NCBI GenBank assembly: GCA_963810465.1
Contig: CAWENM010000003.1
Coordinates: 128,259 to 192,258 of the forward strand
Direction of reading: 5' to 3'
DNA from: an uncultured Acidobacteriota bacterium
Lineage (GTDB): Bacteria > Actinomycetota > Acidimicrobiia > Spongiisociales > ZC4RG35
Length of the DNA: 64,000 nucleotides
Under the pieces are notes generated by a model that was not told the origin of the DNA, did not search any database, and worked only from the letters and a program-made list of their open reading frames with translations. Position numbers and translations under genes: made by a program. Of this stretch, positions 31,545 to 40,842 are shown one piece after another (within the stretch, counting starts at the first letter, position 1; each line of letters starts with the position of its first letter).

Positions 31545-32810
31545 TCATCCCGGCGGTGGCGGCGTGCCGACTCCGGTGAGAACGCCGAAATCACCGGCCA
31601 CGGGCAGCCCCGTAGCCATTCCGTACGAAAGGGTCTCGTTGGCATTGCCTTGGGTGTTGGTGTAGCGGAGGAAGATGTTGGAGGTCGAGGGCCGGAACAA
31701 GCCGACGGTCTCTGGACCGGGAGCGCCGCGGCGTGCCCATTCGGCGGCGACGATCTTGTCCCCGGGATCGCCGAAGATGAATTGAGAATCTGCGTTGCCT
31801 TGGGTGTGGGAATTCCGGAAGTAGACGAGGCCTGTGGATTCCCGGTGGAGACCGACCTCGTCGATCAGGTCATTGTCAAAATCTCCGACGAACGGATTGT
31901 CCCCGGGGTTGCCGAAAAAGTAGCTGACGTCCGCTGGCCCCAGAGCCTCACCGTTGACTCCGAGATCGTTGACGACATGGATGCGGGATTCGGATGGCCG
32001 ATAGATCGAGACTGTGTCGCACCCATCCCCGTCGAAGTCGCCCGCCAGCGGGATATCCCTCGGGTCTCCGAAGAAGAAGCTGATGTTGGCCGGGCCCTGG
32101 CTATTTGAATTGCGGAGATAGACGAAGCCATCCGACTGGCGGTAAAGGCCGGGTGTTTCGTCGCCGTCACAATCCCAATCGCCGACGAAGGGCAGGTCGC
32201 CGGGACTGCCATAGAAGAAATGGGTCGTGTTACCGGCTAGGTCGAGGAGATGCCACTCACCTGTTGAAGTGTCGACAACGCCAACTGATCCGTTGCCCTC
32301 ACCCTCGGCGAACGTGCGGTTGTAGTCGGAGGAGTCGGTTGGCGGTGAATTGGTCGCCGTCGAATCGCCCCTCCCGACGAAGACCACCGTCACGTACAGA
32401 GAGCCGCCACTGGTGTCGGTGCCGATCCCAACGTGGCTGTAGCCACTCAGAATGTTCTTCTTGTGACCGGGGGAGGCCATGAAAGCGTCGTGCAGCGAGG
32501 TGGGGGACTGGCCCCTGCCGACGTTCTCCGCGATCCCTGACCAGCCGGTGCCAGCCGCGGTGGTCAGTTCCGCCTCGCTGGAGTGGTAGATCTCGCCCGC
32601 CGTCACCATGTTTGCAGTGTGGCTTCGTGCGTGCGAACGCAGTGCGTTGTCGACTTGCAATGCGCCGAGGCCATGCGCGGCACGAGTCGCATTGATCTTG
32701 GACAGGAATTCGGCCTCGGTTTCGGTATCCGCGGCCACGGCGGGGGTAAGGGCAAGGAGAGACAGCGACACAACGACGAGCGATATCACCCGACCACTCC
32801 TTACGCGCAT
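31545..32810 (-). CDS. secreted CAP/SCP/PR-1 domain protein fused to FG-GAP/VCBS-like beta-propeller repeats
   Basis: Signal peptide. CAP-like N-terminal block (GHKKNILSGYSHVGIG). About five repeats of FFGxPGDxPxxGDFDGDGxDxxGLYR.... Confidence 0.75.
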   Translation of the reverse strand: MRVRSGRVISLVVVSLSLLALTPAVAADTETEAEFLSKINATRAAHGLGALQVDNALRSHARSHTANMVTAGEIYHSSEAELTTAAGTGWSGIAENVGRGQSPTSLHDAFMASPGHKKNILSGYSHVGIGTDTSGGSLYVTVVFVGRGDSTATNSPPTDSSDYNRTFAEGEGNGSVGVVDTSTGEWHLLDLAGNTTHFFYGSPGDLPFVGDWDCDGDETPGLYRQSDGFVYLRNSNSQGPANISFFFGDPRDIPLAGDFDGDGCDTVSIYRPSESRIHVVNDLGVNGEALGPADVSYFFGNPGDNPFVGDFDNDLIDEVGLHRESTGLVYFRNSHTQGNADSQFIFGDPGDKIVAAEWARRGAPGPETVGLFRPSTSNIFLRYTNTQGNANETLSYGMATGLPVAGDFGVLTGVGTPPPPG

Positions 32811-33037
32811 TCCTAAATGATCGGCGCCGGCTGGGATCTTCTTTACGCCAGGCCGGACAGTTCTGAGCGGTCGGGGGACTGGCGTCGGTGCAACGCGAGG
32901 AAGGACACGACCCGGACCTGACGACCTACGTCGTGGTGCGTCCGAGTCTGAGTCTCGACGATCCCGGACCGCTAACTCGCGGTCGCCAAGACGCCGAAGG
33001 TCAAACTTCTCGATCGGGGCCTAGGGTCGCGCAAGCC

Positions 33038-33508
33038 ATGCAGCCAATGGAACCGGTCCTCGATTACGACCCCAGGAACAGGCCACAGTTTCCTCTGTTG
33101 ATTTTGCTCCCTCTTGCCCTGGTAGTTGGGATCATCGCCTATTGCGTCGACCGGTCGTCGCCGCCGACGCCTCCACCCGTGGAGCACGTCGAATGGTCGA
33201 TCTCGGTCGGAGATGGTGACGTAGTCACTCTCCGGGGTGTCCTCCCCGAAGGCCGACCCACCGAGACATACCTAGATCATGTCCTGCTCGACCGCGATCC
33301 TGATGGAGCTTTCGTCTGGGACCTCGAAGCCGAACTGCCGGAGACCGTGGCGCTGATCGGAGCCATGGACGACTGCGAGGCAGTGACTGCCGAAGCCGCC
33401 TCATGGACAGATAAGACAGACGACTTCGACCCGAGGGATCTCCAATATCTGCACTTGGCCTACGCCGCGGCGGCGATGGAACGAGGTGTCGAGCTGGGTT
33501 GCGAGTGA
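33038..33508 (+). CDS. hypothetical single-pass membrane protein
   Basis: TM helix PLLILLPLALVVGIIAY followed by an acidic extracytoplasmic domain. Start uncertain (track 32888). Confidence 0.45.
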   Translation: MQPMEPVLDYDPRNRPQFPLLILLPLALVVGIIAYCVDRSSPPTPPPVEHVEWSISVGDGDVVTLRGVLPEGRPTETYLDHVLLDRDPDGAFVWDLEAELPETVALIGAMDDCEAVTAEAASWTDKTDDFDPRDLQYLHLAYAAAAMERGVELGCE

Positions 33509-33528
33509 CCTGCTGTGTCTCCAGGGAT

Positions 33529-33924
33529 TCAGGTCAGGTCGTCGTCGCGGCGATGCCAGGTGACGTGAAACAGCTTCCACTCGCCCCGCGCTTTAACGAC
33601 ATGCGCGAAGTCCACCCACCAAGGTGAGTACACCCGCACTGAAGCGATGTCGTCGTAAACGGCGTCGACGATGATTTCAGCTTCAACCGGCTGGGGCGTC
33701 TGGAGGGCGGCGTCATCGGCCATGGTCTGAGGGGAGAGGGTGATAACTCCGACGACCCCATCCGTGCCGACGGAGTAGCGCCGCTTGATCGCTTCTGGGT
33801 GATACGACCTGAGATGTCTTTCCGCATCGCCCGAGACGTAACCCTCCAAGTAGTCCAGAGCCACCTGGCGTATCGATTCGATATCCGACTCCGAAACGCC
33901 AACCCGATCCTCTACCAGTGCCAT
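33529..33924 (-). CDS. NTF2-like/SnoaL-like (DUF4440-type) small protein
   Basis: 131 aa, pattern consistent with the NTF2-like fold. Confidence 0.55.
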   Translation of the reverse strand: MALVEDRVGVSESDIESIRQVALDYLEGYVSGDAERHLRSYHPEAIKRRYSVGTDGVVGVITLSPQTMADDAALQTPQPVEAEIIVDAVYDDIASVRVYSPWWVDFAHVVKARGEWKLFHVTWHRRDDDLT

Positions 33925-34140
33925 CTGAACAAGCTACACGGAGGCACACTGCGCGGTCCACGCAAGGCGGTTATTGCAGTCGGGAGAGGTCGCGAAAATC
34001 GACGTTGTTGGACCTCTCAACATGCGACGCCTTCGCGACGATGATTCATCTAGAGGTGGGGGTTTGGGCATTCCAAGACGACGTTTGGCGTCTTCGCGTT
34101 CCTCCCCTCTGCCTGACACTTCGGTAGAGAGGTTTGATCG

Positions 34141-34335
34141 ATGACCCTGATGCACATGACCCTGGGAGCGTTGTCTTCCATCTTCGGAGCCCATCTGTCT
34201 TGGGCGATGACGGACTGGATCATCAGACGCAAGCGGGAAGGGCAAAGCATCCTCCTGCCGACCCTCCTCTCCGTAGCCGGCGTGGTCCTGATCGTCGTCA
34301 CCTTCGGTGTTGTCGTGTCATCGACCACGGTCTGA
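34141..34335 (+). CDS. small hydrophobic protein (two predicted TM helices)
   Basis: 64 aa MTLMHMTLGALSSIFGAHLSWAMTDWIIRRKREGQSILLPTLLSVAGVVLIVVTFGVVVSSTTV, in an AT-richer stretch. Confidence 0.35.
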   Translation: MTLMHMTLGALSSIFGAHLSWAMTDWIIRRKREGQSILLPTLLSVAGVVLIVVTFGVVVSSTTV

Positions 34336-34366
34336 ACAAAGTTCCGAAGAAAACCCCCGTTCTGGT

Positions 34367-34394
34367 TTGACGGCTGGATGAGTTTGGGTATAGT
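34367..34394 (+). promoter_or_regulatory. sigma-70-type promoter, module copy 1: TTGACG-N16-TATAGT
   Basis: Near-consensus -35/-10 with 16-nt spacing. Conserved in the second module 498 bp downstream. Confidence 0.55.
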
Positions 34395-34400
34395 TCCGAT

Positions 34401-34860
34401 CTGAAGCCCCGACGGGTCAGAAACTTCGGTTTCAGACTTGTTGGGGCTTCTTATATGCGGTCGTCGAGAAGAGGGACACCGGCGATGGCGGTCTCAGCCT
34501 TCGACGCTGATAGAGGGCTCGTCGCAAGGTCCGCCGATTTCGAACCCGACGCCGCGAACCCCTCACAAGGGGATCCAGGGTCGAAGGACCGACAGAACCA
34601 AAACGATCAGCCATCTCTCGCTCAAGCTACGAGTGGTAGGTGAACCGACTGCCTCGTCCCGGTTATCGGTGCGTGAATCGAACGCGAAACCGGGGACGAG
34701 TCCGGAGCCCTCCGAGCGTGGCGAGGACTCCGGTCACGTCCGTCTCAGCAAGGCGGGAGGAGTTGCCTTGGATCCTGAGCGTGGCGTCGTGACATGACAC
34801 CGAGGTTTCCGTCAGCCAGCAGGCAAGTGAAGATCGCCCGCGAAAGTTTTCGGAGTTCCT
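34401..34860 (+). ncRNA. candidate structured noncoding transcript / riboswitch-like leader A
   Basis: The first 48 nt form a conserved 8-bp stem enclosing a GAAAC-UUCG-GUUUC tetraloop hairpin, followed by about 400 nt with multiple strong stem-loops and no credible ORF. Motifs: GGGGAUCCA, GUGAAUCG, CCGGGGAC, GAGUCCGGAG. See findings. Confidence 0.3.
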
Positions 34861-34864
34861 CGGT

Positions 34865-34892
34865 TTGACGGATCCACGACATTGGGTATAGT
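34865..34892 (+). promoter_or_regulatory. sigma-70-type promoter, module copy 2: TTGACG-N16-TATAGT
   Basis: Same -35, spacer length and -10 as copy 1. Confidence 0.55.
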
Positions 34893-34898
34893 TCCGAT

Positions 34899-35210
34899 CT
34901 GAAGCCCCGACGGGTCGAAACTTCGGTTTCTGACTTGTTGGGGCTTCTTATTTGTCTCTCCCTCTCAAGTTCGAGAGGCTGGACTGCCGATAGGGGGAGA
35001 CGTTGGAGTGGAAGGGGGAGCCGAGAGGGCCCTCCAACATTGTCGCCCTCCGGGTGCCACCATCGCCCGGGGGTCGGCGCGCCCGACTGGCGCGATGAAG
35101 TCCAGCTAGGACCCGAATACCTGCCATCCTGTCCCATTCACGGCCTGGTGTTACGAGGCACATAGCTGTCTCGCCACACACCGCAACTAGGTCGACCAAC
35201 AACATCGAGC
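34899..35210 (+). ncRNA. candidate structured 5' leader B upstream of the M23 peptidase (riboswitch-like; possibly ydaO/c-di-AMP class)
   Basis: Same conserved 5' stem-loop as leader A (compensatory change in the inner stem), then about 260 nt of GC-rich structured leader with GGGGGAGCCGA and GGACCCGAAUACC motifs, ending at the ATG of the M23 peptidase. Confidence 0.3.
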
Positions 35211-36383
35211 ATGCACCGAACCCACCCAGCGAACAGAGAACGTCCCAAGCCCTGGCGCACCCTTGTCGTGGTCGCGACTCTGTCCGCAGTGTTGACGGCG
35301 AGTCTCGCCACCGGCACGGCCCTGGCGATATCTCGGGCGGAAGTAGACGAGGCATGCGCCGATTCCCAAGAGGCATACGACATCTATCGCTCCGCTCGTT
35401 CCGATTTCGAGGTGGCCGCGGTGGCGCTCGAGGAGGCAAACGCGGAGCTCGACGCTGCGGAATATCAGGAACAGCGAATCCGCAACGCCTACGAGGCACG
35501 CCAGGAGGAAAAGGCGGAGCTGTCGACCCGGGTCGAGTCACAGGCTGTCGAGCTCTACATGCAGGCCGCTTCCGGTCCCTCGATGGGGATGGTCAGCCTG
35601 TCCTCTCCCAGTGAAGCATTGACCGCCTACGAGTTTCTCCGGGCGAACGCCGACCAGAGCATGCAATCGGTGAACGACCTGGCCGCTATCTCCTCAGAGC
35701 TGGACCGACTTGGGGTCACGCTCGAGGCAGCTGTCGCAGAACTGACCACGGCGCGGGATGTGCAGCAACAGCAAACCGCTGACCAAGAGGCTGCGATGAC
35801 TTCTGCGTTGGGCGCATATGACGACCTGAGCGACAGATGCAAGGAACTGCAGGCCGCCTACGAAGCCGAACAGGCCCGTCTCCGAGCCGAGGCGGAAGAG
35901 AGAGCACGACAGCGTGCGGCAGCGGCGGCGTCCAGGGGCGGATCAGGCGATTCAGGAAGTGGTTCCACGGGCCCGATCATCGGCGGCATCATCTGCCCGT
36001 TCAGCCCGGGCCGTACGCATTTCAGCAACTCCTGGGGCGCCGGGCGTTCGGGTGGCAGGGCTCACAAAGGGACTGACATGATGGCTCCATTCGACGAGCC
36101 CATCTACGCCGTGGCCAACGGGACGATCAGCACCGGGAGCAGCGGACTCGGCGGCAAGACGATCTGGCTCTCGACTGGAGGGGTGGCCTTCTACTACGCC
36201 CATCTGAGCGGGTTCGCAGTGGGGGATGGCGCCTCGGTGAGTCAGGGTGACCTGATCGCATACAACGGCAACACCGGCAATGCGTCCGGCGGAGCCCCAC
36301 ACCTTCATTTCGAGATCCATCCGGGTGGACGGGGCTCGAGCGCGGTGAATCCCTACAACGCAGTGGCCTCGGTCTGCTTCTGA
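35211..36383 (+). CDS. M23 (LytM) family peptidoglycan metalloendopeptidase with N-terminal signal peptide and long coiled-coil
   Basis: Signal peptide, about 220 aa of coiled-coil, C-terminal M23 domain (HKGTDMMAP...HLHFEIH). Confidence 0.9.
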   Translation: MHRTHPANRERPKPWRTLVVVATLSAVLTASLATGTALAISRAEVDEACADSQEAYDIYRSARSDFEVAAVALEEANAELDAAEYQEQRIRNAYEARQEEKAELSTRVESQAVELYMQAASGPSMGMVSLSSPSEALTAYEFLRANADQSMQSVNDLAAISSELDRLGVTLEAAVAELTTARDVQQQQTADQEAAMTSALGAYDDLSDRCKELQAAYEAEQARLRAEAEERARQRAAAAASRGGSGDSGSGSTGPIIGGIICPFSPGRTHFSNSWGAGRSGGRAHKGTDMMAPFDEPIYAVANGTISTGSSGLGGKTIWLSTGGVAFYYAHLSGFAVGDGASVSQGDLIAYNGNTGNASGGAPHLHFEIHPGGRGSSAVNPYNAVASVCF

Positions 36384-36397
36384 GCCGGGTCTAGCTC

Positions 36398-36586
36398 CTA
36401 TTTCCGGCGTGCCCTGCGCCACAGAACCGCTCCACTGGCCAGAACCGCGACAGCACCGAGCACCACCCACAAAGGGTCGCCGGTCATGAAGCTCTGTGGG
36501 GCGAAGGCGACGTCGAGACCCTGCAGGATCCAGATGACCCCGACGATGCCGAGGATGATCCCCAGCGCCATGCTCAAGTCCCGCAT
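36398..36586 (-). CDS. small membrane protein (two TM helices)
   Basis: ATG MRDLSMALGIILGIVGVIWILQG...VLGAVAVLASGAVLWRRARRK. Shorter than the 87-aa track ORF. Confidence 0.45.
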   Translation of the reverse strand: MRDLSMALGIILGIVGVIWILQGLDVAFAPQSFMTGDPLWVVLGAVAVLASGAVLWRRARRK

Positions 36587-36601
36587 CGCTCGAACATAGC
36601 T

Positions 36602-36631
36602 CTTGACTTCGACCGGTGCTTCAGCTGATAA
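36602..36631 (+). promoter_or_regulatory. promoter for Phe leader peptide: TTGACT-N18-GATAAT, near-leaderless
   Basis: Read from the sequence. The leader ATG lies about 11 nt after the -10. Confidence 0.4.
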
Positions 36632-36641
36632 TCTCGATCCA

Positions 36642-36716
36642 CATGAAGACGAGCCCAACACCGATCACGAGCGCCACGCCTCGGCGCTTCTTCGGGTTCG
36701 TCTATTTCGGCGCCTA
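36642..36716 (+). CDS. Phe-rich leader peptide (pheL-like): MKTSPTPITSATPRRFFGFVYFGA
   Basis: 24 codons, 4 Phe plus Tyr within the last 9 residues. Sits 70 nt upstream of a chorismate mutase/prephenate dehydratase gene. Not in the ORF track (<60 aa). Confidence 0.6.
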
Positions 36717-36779
36717 GCGCCGACTCACCCCACCCCCGCGTTACTCCGTCCCTATCCACTCTTCAACCGCGCCGAGGCG
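36676..36779 (+). promoter_or_regulatory. long-range 11-bp perfect stem (CGCCTCGGCGC 36676-36686 with GCGCCGAGGCG 36769-36779) sequestering the SD (GAGG 36774-36777) of the downstream fusion gene
   Basis: Exact reverse complementarity read from the sequence. The 5' arm lies immediately upstream of the Phe codon run inside the leader ORF. Confidence 0.45.
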
Positions 36780-36786
36780 ACCACCC

Positions 36787-38820
36787 ATGAATGACAAGTC
36801 CGATTCGAATCCAGGTGACATCGAACAGATCCGAGACGATATAGACCGGATCGACGCCGACATCCTCAAACTCCTTGCCGAGCGGAAAGCCCACAGTCTC
36901 CGCATTGCCAAGGAGAAGGGGATCCACGACCGCCCGTCCCGGGACCAGTCGAGAGAAGAGGGCCTCATCTCCGACCGTATTGCGGCCGGGATGGAGCACG
37001 ATCTCGACTCGGGTCTGGTGAACCGGGTGTGGCGGGAGATCGTCAACGACTCGGTGCGGATCCAGCAGGAGTATCTCGGACGTGCCGAGCGACCCCGTCA
37101 GACAATGACGGTGGCCATCCAGGGGATCGAGGGCTCGTACAGCCAGCTCGCATCCCAGCAGTTCTTCGACCACAAGGGGATGTCGGTCAACTACCTGCGC
37201 GCCCCGACCTTCGCCGCGGCCATCGGTGCCGTGCAGAGACTGGATGCCGATGTGGCCGTCCTCCCCATTGAGAACACGACCTCGGGTGCCATCTCGGAGG
37301 TCTACGACCTGTTGTTGGAGAGCAGGCTTCACTTCGTCGGTGACGTTCGTTTTCGGATCCGTCATTGTCTCCTCGGCATCGAGGGCGCCTCGATCTCCGA
37401 GCTACGTCGCATCTACTGCCATCCCCAGGCAGTCGCCCAGTGCACCGAGTTCCTTGCTCAGCTCGACCATTGCGAGATCGTCTACTTCTCTGATACCGCC
37501 CTGTCCGGGCAGAAGATCCGTGAGCTGGGAGACCCGACGATCGCCGCCATCGCCAGCGAGGAGGCGGCGCGTCTATTCGGCCTCGATGTGCTGAAGACGG
37601 GTATCGCCAACAGGGACGAGAACTTCACGCGGTTCGTAGTGGTCGCCGCCGAGCCTGCCGAGGTTCCAGACGGGGTGGCATCGAAGACATCGATCGTGAT
37701 GGCGGTGGGTAACCATCCCGGAGCCCTCATGGACGCTTTGGCCGTGTTCCACGACGCCGACATCAACCTGGTCATGCTCGAGTCCCGGCCTATCCCGAAC
37801 AACCCGCGGGAGGAGCTGTTCTATCTCGACTTCGACGGCAACGTCTCGGAGCCGGCAGTCCAGGCTGTGCTCGAGATACTCATGAGACAGGTCCGGTTTC
37901 TTCGGGTGCTGGGCAGCTATCCATCGAGAGACCTACGCCCCAAGCCGATCGAGCGGAAGATCAAGAAAGTGAAACCTCAAGGCCGTTCCACCCTCACCGA
38001 GTTGGCTCCGACCGCGGCCAGCCCCAAGGGCTACAAGCTGGGCAGCCGCGGTCACAAGGAGCACAACACAATTGTCGAGGTAGCCGGGGTCAGGATCGGG
38101 GGCGACGACCTCGTGGTTATCGCCGGGCCATGCGCCGTCGAGTCCTGGGACCAGGTGATGACTGCGGCCAAGGCGGTGAAGGAGAGTGGTGGGTCCATCC
38201 TCCGTGGGGGCTGTTTCAAGCCCCGGACCTCCCCGTACTCGTTCCAGGGTCTGGCCTACGAGGGTCTCGAGATGCTGGTCGAGGCCGGCAAGGCGTACGG
38301 CCTGCCCGTGGTCACCGAAGTGGTCTCGCCCGAAGACGTCGAAGGTGTGGCCCGCAAGGCCGACATCCTCCAGATCGGCACCAGGAACATGCAGAACTTC
38401 TCCCTGCTCTCAGCGGCGGGTCGGGCGCATCGCCCGGTCATGCTGAAGCGGGGGATGAGCTCGTCTCTCGACGAGCTATTGCAGGCGGCCGAATACATCC
38501 TCTCGGAAGGGAACCAGCAGGTGTTCCTCTGCGAGCGGGGCATCCGGACGTTCGAGACTTCGACTCGCAACACCCTGGACCTGAGCGCCGTGCCTGTGCT
38601 CCGCCAGCGGACCCATCTGCCGATCATCGTCGACCCGTCGCATGCGGCGGGAGATCGTGAGCTGGTTGCGCCGTTGGCGCTGGCCGCTCAGGCGATCGGC
38701 GCCCATGGGATCATGGTGGAGATCCATCCCGATCCGGACAATGCGCTCAGCGACGGTCCACAGTCACTTCGATTGGATCAATTCCAGGACCTGATGCTGG
38801 CCCTTGGCTTCGGGGGCTGA
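36787..38820 (+). CDS. trifunctional fusion: chorismate mutase (AroQ) - prephenate dehydratase - ACT - DAHP synthase (class I-beta / KDO8PS-like)
   Basis: 677 aa. N-terminal CM helix motif ([31 protein letters not shown]). PDT domain with TRF/ESRP motifs and ACT. C-terminal DAHPS I-beta ([37 protein letters not shown]). Confidence 0.9.
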   Translation: MNDKSDSNPGDIEQIRDDIDRIDADILKLLAERKAHSLRIAKEKGIHDRPSRDQSREEGLISDRIAAGMEHDLDSGLVNRVWREIVNDSVRIQQEYLGRAERPRQTMTVAIQGIEGSYSQLASQQFFDHKGMSVNYLRAPTFAAAIGAVQRLDADVAVLPIENTTSGAISEVYDLLLESRLHFVGDVRFRIRHCLLGIEGASISELRRIYCHPQAVAQCTEFLAQLDHCEIVYFSDTALSGQKIRELGDPTIAAIASEEAARLFGLDVLKTGIANRDENFTRFVVVAAEPAEVPDGVASKTSIVMAVGNHPGALMDALAVFHDADINLVMLESRPIPNNPREELFYLDFDGNVSEPAVQAVLEILMRQVRFLRVLGSYPSRDLRPKPIERKIKKVKPQGRSTLTELAPTAASPKGYKLGSRGHKEHNTIVEVAGVRIGGDDLVVIAGPCAVESWDQVMTAAKAVKESGGSILRGGCFKPRTSPYSFQGLAYEGLEMLVEAGKAYGLPVVTEVVSPEDVEGVARKADILQIGTRNMQNFSLLSAAGRAHRPVMLKRGMSSSLDELLQAAEYILSEGNQQVFLCERGIRTFETSTRNTLDLSAVPVLRQRTHLPIIVDPSHAAGDRELVAPLALAAQAIGAHGIMVEIHPDPDNALSDGPQSLRLDQFQDLMLALGFGG

Positions 38821-38824
38821 GAAC

Positions 38825-39439
38825 TCAGGAGGGAACGTCGACCGTGGTGGGCAACCACGACGGTCGAGCCTCCTCATGGGAGCTGATCAAGTCGTCGTGG
38901 CTCATCGTGACACCGATCCCATCGAGCCCAGTCAGGAGCCGCTCCTTGGCGGTCGGGTCGAAATCGAATTGCTCCTCCAGGCCGTCGGCCGTCACCGTCT
39001 GGCTCTCCAGATCGATGCTCACCTCGGCCGTGGGGTCGGCGGCGAGATCGATGAGGCGGGTGACCGCGTCTTGGGGCAACTCGACGACCAGCAAGCCGAC
39101 ATAGCTCGAGTTGTTGCGGAAGATGTCGGCCGCCGACGCGGTGATGACCGCCTCGAAGCCCCATTGTTGGATTGCCCAGGGGGCGTGCTCGCGTGAGGAC
39201 CCGCATCCGAAGTTCGGTCCGGTGACCAGCACCCGGGCTGCCCGACGGGCGGGATCGTTGATGATGAAGTCGGAGCTCGGTGTGCCGTCGTCGGTGTGTG
39301 CCCAGTTGTAGAAGAGGAACTCCCCGTAGCCATCCCGCTCGATCCGCTTGAGGAACTGCTGGGGGATGATCTGATCGGTGTCCACGTCGCCGCGGTCGAG
39401 GGGCATCATCGTCCCGGTGATCGTTGTGACGGGCTTCAC
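38825..39439 (-). CDS. leuD: 3-isopropylmalate dehydratase small subunit
   Basis: 205 aa from GTG (GTGA overlap with the leuC stop). LeuD/aconitase swivel domain. The track ORF 38825..39616 is over-extended. Confidence 0.9.
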   Translation of the reverse strand: MKPVTTITGTMMPLDRGDVDTDQIIPQQFLKRIERDGYGEFLFYNWAHTDDGTPSSDFIINDPARRAARVLVTGPNFGCGSSREHAPWAIQQWGFEAVITASAADIFRNNSSYVGLLVVELPQDAVTRLIDLAADPTAEVSIDLESQTVTADGLEEQFDFDPTAKERLLTGLDGIGVTMSHDDLISSHEEARPSWLPTTVDVPS

Positions 39440-40842
39440 GAGCCCTCCCACTCCCTGACATCGACGAAGTGGCCCGCTACTGCGGCCGCGGCAGCCATGG
39501 CTGGACTGACGAGATGGGTCCGGGCCCCACGCCCCTGACGCCCTTCGTAGTTCCGATTCGAGGTCGACGCACATCGCTCCCCGGCGGGGATCACATCGGG
39601 GTTCATCGCCAGACAACTCGAGCAGCCGGCGTCTCTCCAGGAGAACCCGGCTGCCTCGAAGACCTCATGGAGACCCTCGGACTCGGCTTGGGCCTTGACC
39701 TGCATCGATCCCGGAACGACCACGGCGCTCACCCTCGAGTCGACTCTGCGGCCCTCGACGACCTTGGCGGCGGCGCGGAGGTCCTCGATCCTCCCGTTCG
39801 TGCAAGAGCCGAGGAACACGTGGTCGACCGCGATGTCGAGGATGGGTGTCCCCGGTCTCAGGGCCATGTACTCGAGGGCCCGCACGGCGGCATCCCGTTG
39901 CAAAGGGTCGTCATAGGAGTCAGGTGAGGGAACCGAACCGGTGACAGGCACAGTTTGAGCCGGGTTGACGCCCCAGCTGACGTGGGGGACAAGACGGGAC
40001 GCATCGAGGACCGCGACCTTGTCGAACACCGCATCGGGATCGGTGACCAGGCCCTCCCAGGTCGACACCGCCTCGTCCCAGCGGGCGCCCTTCGGCGCGA
40101 AGGGACGACCCTCGATGTACCGGATCGTGGTCTCGTCGGGGGCGATCATCCCGGCCCTGGCGCCTCCCTCGATCGACATGTTGCAGATGGTCATCCTCTG
40201 CTCCATGGAGAGGTCGTGTATCGCCTGGCCCCGATACTCGATGACATGCCGGGTCCCGCCGGACACACCGATCTGGGCAATGATCCCCAGGATCAAGTCC
40301 TTGGCGGCGACTCCCCAGGGCAGCTCTCCCTCCACCTCGACCGCCATCGACTGCGGCTTCGCCTGCCAGATGGTTTGAGTGGCGAGGACGTGCTCGACCT
40401 CGGTGGTGCCGATCCCGAAGGCGAGAGCGCCGAACGCGCCGTGCGTCGAAGTGTGGCTGTCACCACACACGACGAGCAACCCCGGTTGGGTGAGTCCCTG
40501 CTCCGGCCCGACAACGTGGACGATGCCCTGACGCGGGTCATCGAGGCCGAACATGGTGATGTCGTGGTCCTTGCAGTTCTGGACGAGAGCATCGATCTGC
40601 TTCTTGGAGAGAGGGTCACGAATACCGAGTGAGCGACCGGTGGTGGGAATTCCATGGTCGACCGTTGCAATGGTGAGATCGGGCCGCCTCACCGATCGGC
40701 CAGATTGATTCAGACCGGCGAAGGCCTGTGGCGAGGTGACTTCGTGGACGAGGTGCAGGTCGACGTAGAGCAGCGTCGGATCGGCATCGATCACGATGTG
40801 GTTGTCCCAAACCTTCTGAAAGAGCGTGCGCGGGGCGGTCAT
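39436..40842 (-). CDS. leuC: 3-isopropylmalate dehydratase large subunit
   Basis: 468 aa, aconitase family with Fe-S ligand cysteines (CGDSHT, GSCTNGR, CSSCL). Confidence 0.95.
   Translation of the reverse strand: MTAPRTLFQKVWDNHIVIDADPTLLYVDLHLVHEVTSPQAFAGLNQSGRSVRRPDLTIATVDHGIPTTGRSLGIRDPLSKKQIDALVQNCKDHDITMFGLDDPRQGIVHVVGPEQGLTQPGLLVVCGDSHTSTHGAFGALAFGIGTTEVEHVLATQTIWQAKPQSMAVEVEGELPWGVAAKDLILGIIAQIGVSGGTRHVIEYRGQAIHDLSMEQRMTICNMSIEGGARAGMIAPDETTIRYIEGRPFAPKGARWDEAVSTWEGLVTDPDAVFDKVAVLDASRLVPHVSWGVNPAQTVPVTGSVPSPDSYDDPLQRDAAVRALEYMALRPGTPILDIAVDHVFLGSCTNGRIEDLRAAAKVVEGRRVDSRVSAVVVPGSMQVKAQAESEGLHEVFEAAGFSWRDAGCSSCLAMNPDVIPAGERCASTSNRNYEGRQGRGARTHLVSPAMAAAAAVAGHFVDVREWEGS

Noticed and set aside
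34401-34860. RNase P RNA, tmRNA or 6S/Ms1 identity for the ~400-nt structured region A
   Set aside because: It lacks RNase P universal motifs (GGAAAGUCCGGGCUCC, AGGGUGAAANGGUGCGGUAAGAGCGCACC). It lacks the tmRNA tag-peptide reading frame and the tRNA-like 3' end. An Ms1/6S-like sRNA cannot be excluded by eye and is kept as an alternative in the finding.
34438-35165. ORFs 34438..34797+, 34455..34643+ and 34935..35165+ (both start MLGLLIC inside the conserved hairpin)
   Set aside because: The shared N-terminus is simply the conserved RNA stem read in frame with a TTG. The translations are low-complexity and not conserved between the two copies. This region is better explained as structured RNA.
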